The notes under the pieces were generated by a model. The model saw only the letters and a program-made list of their open reading frames with translations. It did not search any database and was not told the origin of the DNA. Positions 31,982 to 42,365 of a stretch of DNA of 64,000 nt are shown here, piece after piece. Origin of the DNA: Minisyncoccota bacterium (GTDB taxonomy: Bacteria; Patescibacteriota; Minisyncoccia; Moranbacterales; GCA-2747515); NCBI GenBank assembly GCA_937936355.1, contig CALDDM010000005.1, forward strand, positions 10,336 through 74,335. The letters run 5' to 3'. A program made the position numbers and the translations under genes. Positions within the stretch are counted from its first letter, which is position 1. Every line of letters starts with the position of its first letter.

Positions 31982-33385
31982 ATGCCACCACGACTTGATA
32001 CGACCAAGCTGACACCGGATAAGCATAGCTTTGCAATGCCAGAGGTTTTTGACGTGAAAACAGATCGCGGCCTTAATCGAGAAACTGTTGAGGCCATCTC
32101 TTCCTACAAGAAAGAGAAGGCATGGATTCGTAATTTCCGCCTGAAAGCATATGACACATTCCTGGAAAAAGAGATGCCGCAATGGGGCGCAGATCTCAGC
32201 ATGATTGACTTTGATGATATCGTCTACTTCCTCCGCGCCACCAAAGAACAAGGGCGGTCATGGGAGGATCTTCCCACAGAAATTAAGGAGACCTATGACC
32301 GTATCGGCGTCCCAGAGCATGAAAAAAATTGGCTTGCAGGCGTTAGCGCTCAATACGAAAGTGAGGTTGTCTATGAAAGTGTACAGAAAGAGCTCACCAA
32401 ACAAGGTGTTATTTTTTGTGATATGGACACGGCAGTCAAGAAGTATCCAAAGCTTGTCAAAGAATACTTTGCGACGGTCATACCAGCAAGTGACAATAAG
32501 TTTGCGGCTCTTAATAGCGCTGTATGGAGTGGTGGCTCATTTGTTTACGTGCCCAAAGGTGTTACCGTATCCATGCCTCTACAAGCATACTTCCGCATCA
32601 ACACAGAACGCTTTGGTCAGTTTGAGAGAACGCTCATTATCGCAGAGGAAGGCAGCAATGTACATTATATGGAGGGCTGCACAGCACCAATTTACTCGAC
32701 GAATTCCCTTCATAGTGCTGTTGTAGAGGTTATTGCCAAAAAAGGTGCAACTGTTCGCTACACAACAGTGCAAAATTGGAGTACCAATATTTATAACCTC
32801 GTTACCAAAAGAGCAATCGCACATGAAGATGCTCGTGTAGAGTGGGTTGATTGCAATATTGGATCTGGGGTTACGATGAAATATCCAGCAGTTCATCTCG
32901 TTGGAAAGGGCGCATCTGGCGAAGTGCTCTCCATCGCTATGGCTGGCAAAAACCAAGTACAAGATGCAGGTAGTAAAATGCTGCACTTGGCACCCAATAC
33001 GACATCTCGCGTCATTTCCAAATCGATTGCAATGAATACTGGCACCAGTAGCTACCGAGGCCTTGTGCATATCGCACCGGGAGCTCATGGATCCAAAAGC
33101 TATGTGCAATGTGATGCTCTTCTACTAGATGATGTTTCTGAGTCAGATACATTTCCGACGATCACCGTCCAAGAGAAAGAGACACAAACCGAGCATGAGG
33201 CAAGTGTTGAAAAAATCGATGAGGCCAAGCTCTTTACACTAATGAGTCGCGGTCTCAATGAAGCCCAGGCACGTGGTATGATCGTCAATGGGTTCATTGA
33301 TGAGGTCACCAAAGAAATCCCTCTCGAATACTCACTCGAGCTTTATCGTCTTGTGAATATGGAAATGGAAGATAGTATCGGCTAG
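31982..33385 (+). CDS. sufB: Fe-S assembly scaffold SufB
   Basis: AQYESEVVY, NSAVWSGGSF, GQFERTLI, EGCTAP, QNWS and EHEA motifs. Confidence 0.95.
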   Translation: MPPRLDTTKLTPDKHSFAMPEVFDVKTDRGLNRETVEAISSYKKEKAWIRNFRLKAYDTFLEKEMPQWGADLSMIDFDDIVYFLRATKEQGRSWEDLPTEIKETYDRIGVPEHEKNWLAGVSAQYESEVVYESVQKELTKQGVIFCDMDTAVKKYPKLVKEYFATVIPASDNKFAALNSAVWSGGSFVYVPKGVTVSMPLQAYFRINTERFGQFERTLIIAEEGSNVHYMEGCTAPIYSTNSLHSAVVEVIAKKGATVRYTTVQNWSTNIYNLVTKRAIAHEDARVEWVDCNIGSGVTMKYPAVHLVGKGASGEVLSIAMAGKNQVQDAGSKMLHLAPNTTSRVISKSIAMNTGTSSYRGLVHIAPGAHGSKSYVQCDALLLDDVSESDTFPTITVQEKETQTEHEASVEKIDEAKLFTLMSRGLNEAQARGMIVNGFIDEVTKEIPLEYSLELYRLVNMEMEDSIG

Positions 33386-33435
33386 AAGAATAATGCTGAT
33401 TAGAAGTTATATCACAGAAATCACATATCACTGCA

Positions 33436-34008
33436 ATGCACTACCACAATATCACAAATAGCAAGAAAAAAAACTTTCGCATCACCTCTCCAGGTGTGCA
33501 TGTTTATTATTTTACAAATATCTCTGCAGAATTTTCTTTTACTGTTGCCCATGAAAAGGCAGAGGTCTATGTATATGGTCTCTATACTGGCAAGGACCAG
33601 GATATCTATAGACTTACCACAAAACAAAAACATACAGCTCCAGGTGCGCAAAGTCACATCATGATTAAGGGCGTTTTTAATGACGCATCACGTTTTTATT
33701 ACGAAGGCATGATTCACCTCATCAAGAAAGCAACCAGAACTGATGCCTCACTAGAAAGCCGCAACATCCTCCTCTCAGACCATGCACATGTCACGGCACG
33801 ACCTCAACTAGAAATTCTTCCTGCGGATGTGCGATGCACTCACGCAGCAACTATTGCGCACATTAACAAAGAGCATACTGACTTCCTTATGTCCCGTGGC
33901 CTCAGTATAGAAAATGCACAAAACCTCCTTGTTCATGGCTTCCTTGAGGACCTCCGCACGCAATTACAAGAAAAAGTACCAAAAGCAGATTGCACATTCA
34001 CGCTCTAG
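33436..34008 (+). CDS. sufD: short SufD-like protein (C-terminal core only)
   Basis: PQLEI..DVRCTHAAT and L.SRGL motifs; only 190 aa. Confidence 0.8.
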   Translation: MHYHNITNSKKKNFRITSPGVHVYYFTNISAEFSFTVAHEKAEVYVYGLYTGKDQDIYRLTTKQKHTAPGAQSHIMIKGVFNDASRFYYEGMIHLIKKATRTDASLESRNILLSDHAHVTARPQLEILPADVRCTHAATIAHINKEHTDFLMSRGLSIENAQNLLVHGFLEDLRTQLQEKVPKADCTFTL

Positions 34009-34251
34009 CTATTTCAGTATAAAGCTAAGATAAAACACTCAACTTTACAAAAGTTGAGTGTTTTAGTAAGAACTTCTTTGTGATAATATGCAGTAGATTT
34101 TACTACCGAGTCACACACTTAATTGTGGAATTTCTTTGGCGACATAGGATGAAGAGTCATTCATTCTTGCAACGCGTTCAACAGGCAACCCTACCTTAGC
34201 TAGGTCAAACTCTTCAAAAGATTTACCGATACTCCACACAACAAGAAATGA

Positions 34252-34281
34252 AAAAAAACTCCGCATATGCGGAGTTTTTTT
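34252..34281. terminator. bidirectional terminator (perfect palindrome)
   Basis: A7-CTCCGCAT|ATGCGGAG-T7. Confidence 0.75.
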
Positions 34282-34313
34282 GAGATGAAACTAAAGTTAA
34301 ACGATTTGTTTAT

Positions 34314-34763
34314 TTAGTTTGCAGAATGTCCATCTGCATCCATCATTTTTTCACCAGTCTTTTCCATAGCATCACCAGTTGCTTCCATAGCTTCACCGGT
34401 CTTGTCCATTGCTGCACCTGCAGCGTCTACTGCTGTGTCAGCTACTGCTCCAGCAGCGTCTCCTGCTACATCAGCTGTCGCTTCCATCGCGTCTCCCGCT
34501 GTATCTACTACCGCTCCAGCAACATCACCAGTTGCTTCTACAGCGTCTCCTGCTACATCAGCTACACCACCAGCTACATCAGCTGTTGTGTCCATTGCTG
34601 CACCTGCAGCGTCTCCTGCTACATCAGCTGTTGCCTCTACAGCGTCTCCCGCTGTCTCAACAACTGCTCCAGCAGCGTCTCCTGCTACATCTGCAGCCTG
34701 ATCAACTGCACCACAGCCAGCCAAGACAACGACTGTCAAAAGAGCCATAAATGACTTCTTCAT
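34314..34763 (-). CDS. Ala/Asp/Gly-rich repetitive lipoprotein
   Basis: LAGC lipobox, then DVAGDAA / GDAVEAT repeats. Confidence 0.8.
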   Translation of the reverse strand: MKKSFMALLTVVVLAGCGAVDQAADVAGDAAGAVVETAGDAVEATADVAGDAAGAAMDTTADVAGGVADVAGDAVEATGDVAGAVVDTAGDAMEATADVAGDAAGAVADTAVDAAGAAMDKTGEAMEATGDAMEKTGEKMMDADGHSAN

Positions 34764-34853
34764 ATTTTTTTCTCTAACGATTTAATGGCATAATCATACC
34801 ATACTCGACACAAAAAGTACAATTGTAATTCTCACCGCCTTCATATCGCTCAC

Positions 34854-36092
34854 CTAGCGGAAGAGGTCAGTGAAATTCCCATATCCTTGTGCCTCTAGCT
34901 CTGATACAGGCACAAAACGCAGTGCCGCGCTATTCATGCAGTGTCGAATCCGATCATTCCATTCTGGTCCATCTAATATGATATGCCCGATGTGATTATC
35001 AGCGATTGCACTGCGAATTTCTGTCCGCACCTCCCACGGCAGTTTCCGGTCTTCATGTTCCGTCACAACACCCTCTGCAATTGGTTTATAAAAGCTTGGC
35101 CAGCCTGTGCCAGAATCATACTTATCTTTTGAGGAGTATAGCGGTTCTCCAGAAATAATGTCCACATAAATACCTGGTTCCTTGTTATCCCAGTATGGGT
35201 TGTGAAAAGGTCTTTCTGTACCCTCGTGACGCGTTACTTTGTACTGCACATCAGTTAATTTCTCACGCATCTCGTCGTCGGAAGGTTCTTTGTAGTTTGT
35301 ATAGTCAAGTGAAAAAACGGGTTTGTCTCGTCCTTCTATATAGTATGGATTTTTTTTCTTGCTCATTTGCTTGTTTTTCATCAGATCTTTTTTTGCCATA
35401 TTGCCGCCTGCATGCGCTTGTGCTCTTACAAGCTCGTTACCCCACACGTCCTCGACATATCGATCTCTCCCAGATGCACCACGGTATATCTTATAGCGTG
35501 ATGGATTTTTCAGATAGTAATCTTGATGGTAGTCTTCTGCTACGTAAAAGATCTTCTCTTGCTCAATAATCGTTTCGATTGGTGCGCCTAAATTCGACTC
35601 ATTACTAAGATCGCGAATCGACCCCTCAATGATGTCTTTTTGCAAGGTGTCTTTGTAGTATACAGCGCTTGCATACTGTGGACCGCGATCACCAAATGAG
35701 CCCCCTGCATCACGTGGATCATGATGACGCCAAAAAACATCTAGTAGCTGTTTGTATTTTACTATGTCAGGATCATAGTAGACTTGCACTGCCTCGCGGT
35801 GTCCGGTGGTACCCGTATTAGACTCTTCATATGTTGGATTTACTGTGTGCCCACCTGTGTAGCCACTAATCGCCTCAATCACTCCATCTGTTTTTTCAAA
35901 ATCTGCTTCCGTACACCAAAAGCATCCGCCAGAAAAAATTGCTGTTTCGTAGGAACTCAAATCAAGATCCCTCTTCTCCTGTAGTGTCACATCCTTGGTT
36001 CCAGAAAACTTAGAAGCAAACTCACTGTATAGTGTGAATGTCACAAGGCCACCAAGTATCCCCAGAACGAGATATGCCGCTTTTCTCTTCAT
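34854..36092 (-). CDS. msrAB: membrane-anchored MsrA-MsrB fusion
   Basis: N-terminal TM; MsrA GGCFWC and AEDYHQDY; MsrB GTERPF, SGTGWPSF and RHCMNS. Confidence 0.93.
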   Translation of the reverse strand: MKRKAAYLVLGILGGLVTFTLYSEFASKFSGTKDVTLQEKRDLDLSSYETAIFSGGCFWCTEADFEKTDGVIEAISGYTGGHTVNPTYEESNTGTTGHREAVQVYYDPDIVKYKQLLDVFWRHHDPRDAGGSFGDRGPQYASAVYYKDTLQKDIIEGSIRDLSNESNLGAPIETIIEQEKIFYVAEDYHQDYYLKNPSRYKIYRGASGRDRYVEDVWGNELVRAQAHAGGNMAKKDLMKNKQMSKKKNPYYIEGRDKPVFSLDYTNYKEPSDDEMREKLTDVQYKVTRHEGTERPFHNPYWDNKEPGIYVDIISGEPLYSSKDKYDSGTGWPSFYKPIAEGVVTEHEDRKLPWEVRTEIRSAIADNHIGHIILDGPEWNDRIRHCMNSAALRFVPVSELEAQGYGNFTDLFR

Positions 36093-36219
36093 AAAATAAT
36101 ACTTACTATATCAATATACATATTTTAGCAATATCACCTCATAATGTAAAGTCTACTTTACAAATTCATCATCATCTTCCATTGACAGGAGGTGTTATGC
36201 GCAATATAGTGCACTATAT

Positions 36220-37479
36220 ATGAATACGAAACTTTCTCATTACTTTCCGCAGTGTACACATGACCCGACGCTGATCTATCTGGATACCGCTGCAACATCG
36301 CTCACACCCACAAATGTTCTGGTATCGATGGAAAGATATTATACGCAATATCGCAGTAACGTCTCTCGTGGTATTTACAGCAATGCCGAGACTGCGACCA
36401 AAGTGTATGAGGCTGTGCGCGAGAAGTGCCGTGCATTGATTGGTGCTCAAGATGTCCAAGAGATTATCTTTACAGCAGGTACAACGCACAGCATCAACAT
36501 GATTAGTAGTAGCATCTCTACACTGACTGATGATATAAATCGTGCGCACGGACCTCATATTGTTGTGACAGCAATGGATCATCATGCGAACTTTGTGCCT
36601 TGGCAACACGTTATTACACACTATCCAGAAGGTACTTTCTCTGTCATTGATCTTTCAGATGATTACACCCTCAATCTCACACATCTTACGGAGATACTGA
36701 CAGAGAAGACAACTATTCTGGCCCTACCCTACATCTCAAATGTATTGGGGACAATTAATCCAGTACGCGAAATAATTGCAATAGCACGTGATATCAACCC
36801 AGACATTATAATTGTTGTTGATGCAGCACAAGCTGCTGCTCATGTACCAATCGATGTTTTACAGCTTGATTGTGATTTCCTCGCTTTTAGTGGTCATAAA
36901 ATATACGGGCCTACTGGTACTGGTATACTGTGGGGTAAGCGCAAACACCTAGAGAAGGTAGAGCCATTTTTGTTTGGTGGTGAGATGATCGCAGAGGTTA
37001 CACATGAACAGACGATATACAAAGATCTTCCGCAGAGACTTGAAGCAGGTACTCCAAATATCGCTGGTGTGATTGGCATGGGTTCAGCGATTGACTTTAT
37101 TCAGTCTATAGGATTTAGTACAATTACTGATCATGAGAAAGAGCTCACAAAATATGCTTTAGAACAATTAAAATTGATAGATGATCTGACAATATATGGA
37201 CCTCAGGATGAAAAGATCCGTACAGGTGTTATAAGCTTTACCGTCGATAATATGCATCCACATGATATCGCAAGCATTCTAAGCACTGAGAAAAACATTG
37301 CTCTGCGCGCAGGCAATCACTGTGCCATGCCACTGCACATCCAACACATGGATGTCCCAGCTACCGCGCGCATAAGCATTGGACTGCACAATACGAGAGA
37401 AGACATTGATCATCTTGTGGATGGGCTCGAGATCGCACGAAAAATACTTTGCAAACCATCCAAAGGACAAAAAGTATGA
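36220..37479 (+). CDS. sufS: cysteine desulfurase SufS
   Basis: YLDTAAT, HHANFVPW, FSGHK, EAGTP and RAGNHCA motifs. Confidence 0.93.
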   Translation: MNTKLSHYFPQCTHDPTLIYLDTAATSLTPTNVLVSMERYYTQYRSNVSRGIYSNAETATKVYEAVREKCRALIGAQDVQEIIFTAGTTHSINMISSSISTLTDDINRAHGPHIVVTAMDHHANFVPWQHVITHYPEGTFSVIDLSDDYTLNLTHLTEILTEKTTILALPYISNVLGTINPVREIIAIARDINPDIIIVVDAAQAAAHVPIDVLQLDCDFLAFSGHKIYGPTGTGILWGKRKHLEKVEPFLFGGEMIAEVTHEQTIYKDLPQRLEAGTPNIAGVIGMGSAIDFIQSIGFSTITDHEKELTKYALEQLKLIDDLTIYGPQDEKIRTGVISFTVDNMHPHDIASILSTEKNIALRAGNHCAMPLHIQHMDVPATARISIGLHNTREDIDHLVDGLEIARKILCKPSKGQKV

Positions 37480-37856
37480 ACATCTATCAAGAAGAAATAC
37501 TCGCGCACTATCATGAGCCATCTAACAATGGCGAACTTAAAGACCCAACACATACGCACTGCGGATTCAATCCGACGTGTGGAGATAAGATCTGCATCGA
37601 TCTCATCATCGACCATGACACGATCACAGACATCTCCTTTCATGGACAAGGTTGCGCTATATCACAAGCCGCTGCATCTATGCTCACGGAACATGTAAAG
37701 GGAAAACCTGCCAACACTTTGAAAAACCTCACAAAAGATGATATTCTAGAAATACTCGGCGTAGAGCTAAGCATGAATCGCATGAAATGTGGCCTACTTG
37801 CGCTTGAAACAGCGCATCGAGCATACTATAAAAATATCGACGAATCTAAATCTTAA
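37476..37856 (+). CDS. sufU: SufU (NifU-like)
   Basis: NPTCGD, GCAISQA and RMKC motifs; ATGA overlap with sufS. Confidence 0.9.
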   Translation: MNIYQEEILAHYHEPSNNGELKDPTHTHCGFNPTCGDKICIDLIIDHDTITDISFHGQGCAISQAAASMLTEHVKGKPANTLKNLTKDDILEILGVELSMNRMKCGLLALETAHRAYYKNIDESKS

Positions 37857-38126
37857 ATGAAAATCATGACTCAACTACTCGAAGAAGCAAACCCATCAGG
37901 ACCAGTACAAGTAAATGATATCGAAATCACGATTGATCGTGACGTGTGTATCGGAGCAAGTGCATGCATCCCCCCAGCAGACAAGACATTTACTTTGGAT
38001 GACGAAGGGAAAGCTATTGTCCAAGCAACAGCAAGTGAAGAAGATGAGGCAAACATCATCGATGCAGCTCGCGCATGTCCCGTACAAGCGATCAAGGTAA
38101 AGCGCGGTGAGGAACAAATCGTCTAA
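37857..38126 (+). CDS. monocluster ferredoxin, [3Fe-4S]-type motif
   Basis: CIGASAC ... CP. Confidence 0.85.
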   Translation: MKIMTQLLEEANPSGPVQVNDIEITIDRDVCIGASACIPPADKTFTLDDEGKAIVQATASEEDEANIIDAARACPVQAIKVKRGEEQIV

Positions 38127-38173
38127 CAGAGAACATCTCAGACAGTCCCAATGTTAGCCACCTCCCACATACT

Positions 38174-38497
38174 ATGGAACAAGACACCCTCCCGAAGCTG
38201 ACCAGAGACCCTTCACTCATACAAGCACTCAGTGTCATTAATGATCCAGAGATTCATGTTCCGATCACCGAGATGGGTTTGATTTATGGCGCTCATAAGA
38301 AAAACGCAACTGTTTTTATTACCATGACTCTCACAACAATTGGTTGCCCATTATTTGATGTCATCAAAAAGGATATTGAAACAGAACTTAAGAAGATTGA
38401 CGGCGTACGAGATATTTCTATCGACCTCACATTTGATCCGCCGTGGCACACAGGCATGATGAGTGAGGAGACGCAACTAGAACTTGGCCTGATGTAG
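38174..38497 (+). CDS. DUF59/SufT Fe-S maturation protein
   Basis: DPE....I..MGLIY, MTLTT.GCP and TFDPPW motifs. Confidence 0.9.
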   Translation: MEQDTLPKLTRDPSLIQALSVINDPEIHVPITEMGLIYGAHKKNATVFITMTLTTIGCPLFDVIKKDIETELKKIDGVRDISIDLTFDPPWHTGMMSEETQLELGLM

Positions 38498-38517
38498 CTC
38501 ACTATCTATAATGTGAC

Positions 38518-39147
38518 ATGACACAATTCATCATCTCTTTCTCAATATTGTATATATCACTCTACCTACCAGTCGCCTGGATGGCGTACTTTGTACCCTG
38601 GTATACATACAATACGACAGCACAAATATCATCTTACCTTGGCGCAGAAACAGTCACCGTAGCACATTACAACCTCACTAACTTTTTTCGACACGCAGAC
38701 AGTCTTCACGAAGACTTTTGGAGCAAAAAAGAAATTCTCCATATGTATGATGTGCGCATGATCTACGACTGCGCCTTTTTTATCTTTGTGGCCTGCATAG
38801 CCATCATTCTTTGTCTGACTTTCTGGAGTAATCATACTGACCCTCAAGCGCAGCGTGGAGGCATACGATCTATAAACCGCTCAGCACGATACAATCTTTT
38901 TCTTATACCACTCTTCTTCTTACTTATCCCCGTGTTTCCTTCTTTTTGGGCGCATATCTTTCACGATGTGCTCTTTACTAATGACCTTTGGCTTATGCTG
39001 CCGAGCGACCTCTCCTATCACCTCTTTCCACTGTCATTTTTTGTGAATAGCCTTCTCCTTCTCATCGTGACAGCATTTCTCATTAATATTGCCATCTTTG
39101 TCGTCACGAGAAGAATCATTTTTCAAAGAGCTAAGCCTGCGAGCTAG
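38518..39147 (+). CDS. DUF1461-like membrane protein
   Basis: E..HM.DVR, FH..LF.ND.W and FP..FF motifs. Confidence 0.75.
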   Translation: MTQFIISFSILYISLYLPVAWMAYFVPWYTYNTTAQISSYLGAETVTVAHYNLTNFFRHADSLHEDFWSKKEILHMYDVRMIYDCAFFIFVACIAIILCLTFWSNHTDPQAQRGGIRSINRSARYNLFLIPLFFLLIPVFPSFWAHIFHDVLFTNDLWLMLPSDLSYHLFPLSFFVNSLLLLIVTAFLINIAIFVVTRRIIFQRAKPAS

Positions 39148-39281
39148 ATGAGAGACCAAAAAACTGCTCCCAGTACTTATTACTGAGAGCAGTCGCTTTC
39201 CACGATCACCAGCTGCTTCTGCTGAAGCCGCATCATATTTTTACCTAGAACTACTATTTTCCCTGCCTCCGCTTCTAGAGA

Positions 39282-39806
39282 CTACGAACTAATCGAAATT
39301 ATTTCTAGACTTGAAATAGTGATATTACCTCGATACAGCACATGCTGTGAATATGCGAAAAGAAAAGGATCTTCATTGCTTTCTTGATTCTCTTTCAAGT
39401 ATCTCCTCATTTGACACGACACTTCCCTCTCAAGATCACTCACTCTAAACGGAGAGAAATCCTGCGGTGTCGGTAATTTCATTTGTGGCTGCAACAGGCA
39501 CAGTGCAGATAAATCAAGACTCCTTACTGGAACCTGGAAATAGTCACCGCTAAGATTGAAGCCATACGCAGCAAATGTATCGACGAGAACGCGCGGATGA
39601 ATTGACGTCATAAAAATCACGTCACCCCACAGACAGTCAAGATAGGGTATTGTGACTAATTCTAACTCTTGCCTGCTTTCGTACTTCCTTCGCTGGACAT
39701 CATAAATCTCAGGGGCTTTTTCTCTTAATGTACTAAGCGGTAAGAGTTGGCTTCCGTATATTGGTTGTTGAGGTACTCTGTGGTATACACATATATTCAT
39801 GCACAT
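39282..39806 (-). CDS. hypothetical protein
   Basis: 174-aa ORF with its own promoter (TTTACA-17-TAAAAT); VYH.VP, KY..R and IP.L.C.W.DV motifs. Confidence 0.65.
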   Translation of the reverse strand: MCMNICVYHRVPQQPIYGSQLLPLSTLREKAPEIYDVQRRKYESRQELELVTIPYLDCLWGDVIFMTSIHPRVLVDTFAAYGFNLSGDYFQVPVRSLDLSALCLLQPQMKLPTPQDFSPFRVSDLEREVSCQMRRYLKENQESNEDPFLFAYSQHVLYRGNITISSLEIISISS

Positions 39807-39906
39807 CTCCCATTTCTGAATGAATATATTTTAGCATAAATTATGCTATCTGTAAATATACAAAATCCACCTAAACTGGTGGATTTTTATACAGCGCTCT
39901 GCTTGC

Positions 39907-42324
39907 TTACTCAACATGCCATGCAATGCCTTCGTATACCCAGTTTGGATCGTTTTGCTGTACACTATTTCTCTCTGAGAGACTCGCCGTAAAGAAATGG
40001 CTACGATAAATTGGACTCCAGAATCGGTAGACTGCCTTCGTTCCAGGTGAGGCTTGTGGGTGGACGTACCATCCTATGCGCTCATATGACCAGTTTGGAT
40101 CATTTTGGATGAGCCGATCCCTCTCTGTGAGGGAGATAGTGTAGAAGTGACTGCGGTACGCTGCACTCCAGAATCGGTAGACTGGCACCAAGCCGCTTTT
40201 CTGTGTGACGCTGGCATCATAGACAACACCTTCGTATGTCCAGTTCGGATCATTTTGGATTAAACTATCCCTCTCTGTGAGGGAGATAGTGTAAAAGTGA
40301 CTACGATAGACTGGACTCCAGAAACGGTAGACTGGGTCGTCAAGCGTGATTGGTGCGCGCGTTGTCACGGAAAGTGGGAAAGCATTAGCCTCTGTGTCAA
40401 AATCACGCGTGTAGTCTGTAGACCGAAGGATTACAGATACCATATAATCCCCTACGGTTGTCAGAAAGAGATCGTGCGTAATCGTCGTAGTCTGACCCTG
40501 TGCCAAATTTATAGTCGTTGGATGCTCGCTTTGTGATACATAATTTCCATTTACATCATTGATGACATAGATTACACGAAAGGGATCGCTACCTGTGCCA
40601 GTGACATTTGTGATCCTTGTTGGGACAGCAACAACATTTCCCACATTTTGTGGACCTTCTGGCACAATGATTGTTGGGTCAATAATCTCTGGGTCTGTAT
40701 TGTACTGTGGAGGTAAGACAATGACTTGCTTAATAGTTGATGCACTGTAGCCCGTTGAAGACGTAACCGTCAATGTAACATTGTATGTGCCCGCTGCAGC
40801 GTAAGTATGCGTAGGATTGATGCTTGTTGCAGTGTTACCATCTCCGAAATCCCATGCGTATGTCAGTGATGCATTTCCCAAGATGGTTGAATTACTACCA
40901 TCAAACTCTATCGTTAACGCTGAGCCAAAAACGATTTGATCCACAATCACTGGGATCGGGTTTTGTGGTGAGTACACAATGCGCTTCAGTGCTCCTGGAA
41001 AAATATTAAGGTAATATACGAGTCCATCTGGACCAGTCACGAACTCAACAGGCAGGATTGATTCGTTTGCATCTTCTGTGGCAAGATTTGTCACACCAGA
41101 AGCGGCAATTGGTCCTGGTGCACTTGCATCAAAGTAATTGATCTCCTTGAAGATGTAATCACCAAAAACATACTTCCCAAGAATTGACGCTGGGTATCCA
41201 GGATCAGTTGCGAAAGCGCCGCCAGTCACTGCTCCCTGCCCATTGCTGTCATGTGCATAGACATAATACGGGCTTGCAAAGTCCGCCTGTTGCGCAGCAG
41301 TTAGAGGACATCCTGATAGATTCTCATAGCCGTTACTTGCAACTATCCCACCTTCATAGCAGGGCCAGCCAAAGTTATCGCCTGGCTCTATGCGATTGAC
41401 CTGTTCATATTGGTACCACCCCACATTGCCTCCAAATAGTGCATTTGTTCCTGGTTGAAAATTGAAACGATATGGATTGCGCATACCATAAGCATATACC
41501 TTTGACCGATTATCGTTTGCATTACCCGTAAAAAATGGATTGTCAGAGGGTCCTGTTCCATCGGTGTTTATGCGTAGAATTTTGCCACTCAAATGATCCA
41601 AGTCCTGCGCACGAAAAGCATGTGTGTCAGGAGCGAAGAATCCCGCTCCATCGCCTGTTGCGACGTATAATTTTCCGTCTGCACCAAATCGTATACCGCC
41701 GATCGAATGACTCCCAGAGTCTGACGCTATACAATCATCAACACCTGGATAATCAGCACATGATGGCTGCGATGGCGTCCCAGCAACCGAACCGAGAATG
41801 GTCAACTTGGAGCTCAGAGGCGCTATGTCTCCCGTAGCTGTCACACGCACAACGCGAGCGGTCTTCTTTGCGATATCGTAGCAATTAGGATCAAATGGGA
41901 CGGGTGATCCACTTGTACATGCAGGCAAGCTTGGGTCAAATGTGTAGCCGTTTGGCTGCGATGGATCAACTTCGTATGTATATGCGAGATATACGTAGCC
42001 ATTAGTGGCAAAAGCAGGATCAACAGCAATACCGATCAGCCCGCGATCCTCTGCTGCATTGACATCATCGAGCGTGATAAAAGGTGTCGGCAAAAGGGTG
42101 CCTGATGCATCGATGATGCGTACAACACCATCTTTTTCTGCAATCAGTGTACGACCGTCTGGCGTAAAGGCAACAGCAGTTGGAAAATTTAATCCCACTG
42201 CAACTGTCTCAATACCAAATCCTGCCGGTAATCCTGCTACAGCCTGTGTGGAGCTCGTACCAAAGACAAAACACAATACGAAAGCAAGAAAAAAGGAAAT
42301 ACTTTTTACGATATTCATAGTCAC
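39907..42324 (-). CDS. secreted PQQ-dependent sugar dehydrogenase-like beta-propeller plus PKD domain plus three C-terminal repeats
   Basis: Signal peptide; H.GG..FG.DG.LY..GDG, GK.LRI..DG, YG.RNP and NFGWP motifs; PKD WDFGDG; VYRFWS..Y.SHF repeats. Confidence 0.85.
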   Translation of the reverse strand: MTMNIVKSISFFLAFVLCFVFGTSSTQAVAGLPAGFGIETVAVGLNFPTAVAFTPDGRTLIAEKDGVVRIIDASGTLLPTPFITLDDVNAAEDRGLIGIAVDPAFATNGYVYLAYTYEVDPSQPNGYTFDPSLPACTSGSPVPFDPNCYDIAKKTARVVRVTATGDIAPLSSKLTILGSVAGTPSQPSCADYPGVDDCIASDSGSHSIGGIRFGADGKLYVATGDGAGFFAPDTHAFRAQDLDHLSGKILRINTDGTGPSDNPFFTGNANDNRSKVYAYGMRNPYRFNFQPGTNALFGGNVGWYQYEQVNRIEPGDNFGWPCYEGGIVASNGYENLSGCPLTAAQQADFASPYYVYAHDSNGQGAVTGGAFATDPGYPASILGKYVFGDYIFKEINYFDASAPGPIAASGVTNLATEDANESILPVEFVTGPDGLVYYLNIFPGALKRIVYSPQNPIPVIVDQIVFGSALTIEFDGSNSTILGNASLTYAWDFGDGNTATSINPTHTYAAAGTYNVTLTVTSSTGYSASTIKQVIVLPPQYNTDPEIIDPTIIVPEGPQNVGNVVAVPTRITNVTGTGSDPFRVIYVINDVNGNYVSQSEHPTTINLAQGQTTTITHDLFLTTVGDYMVSVILRSTDYTRDFDTEANAFPLSVTTRAPITLDDPVYRFWSPVYRSHFYTISLTERDSLIQNDPNWTYEGVVYDASVTQKSGLVPVYRFWSAAYRSHFYTISLTERDRLIQNDPNWSYERIGWYVHPQASPGTKAVYRFWSPIYRSHFFTASLSERNSVQQNDPNWVYEGIAWHVE
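39910..40340 (-). repeat. three intragenic repeats of about 47 aa (DUF5648-like); boundaries approximate
   Basis: VYRFWS..YRSHF.T.SL.ER....QNDPNW.YE occurs three times with near-identical DNA. Confidence 0.8.
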
Positions 42325-42365
42325 ATTATTAACTGGAAAAATATATAGTCTCTCATTTAATTATA

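Noticed and set aside
34111..34240. 42-codon minus-strand open frame downstream of the lipoprotein terminator
   Set aside because: No convincing start signals or recognisable motif; at most a gene remnant.
34326..34754. Cys-, Ala- or Leu/Gln-rich plus-strand ORFs; CRISPR-like repeats
   Set aside because: Antisense shadows of the repetitive lipoprotein; the repeats are coding, with no unique spacers.
39282..39806. ADP-ribosyltransferase toxin cognate to the NADAR gene
   Set aside because: Only a weak YH motif supports it, and it lies about 17 kb from NADAR.
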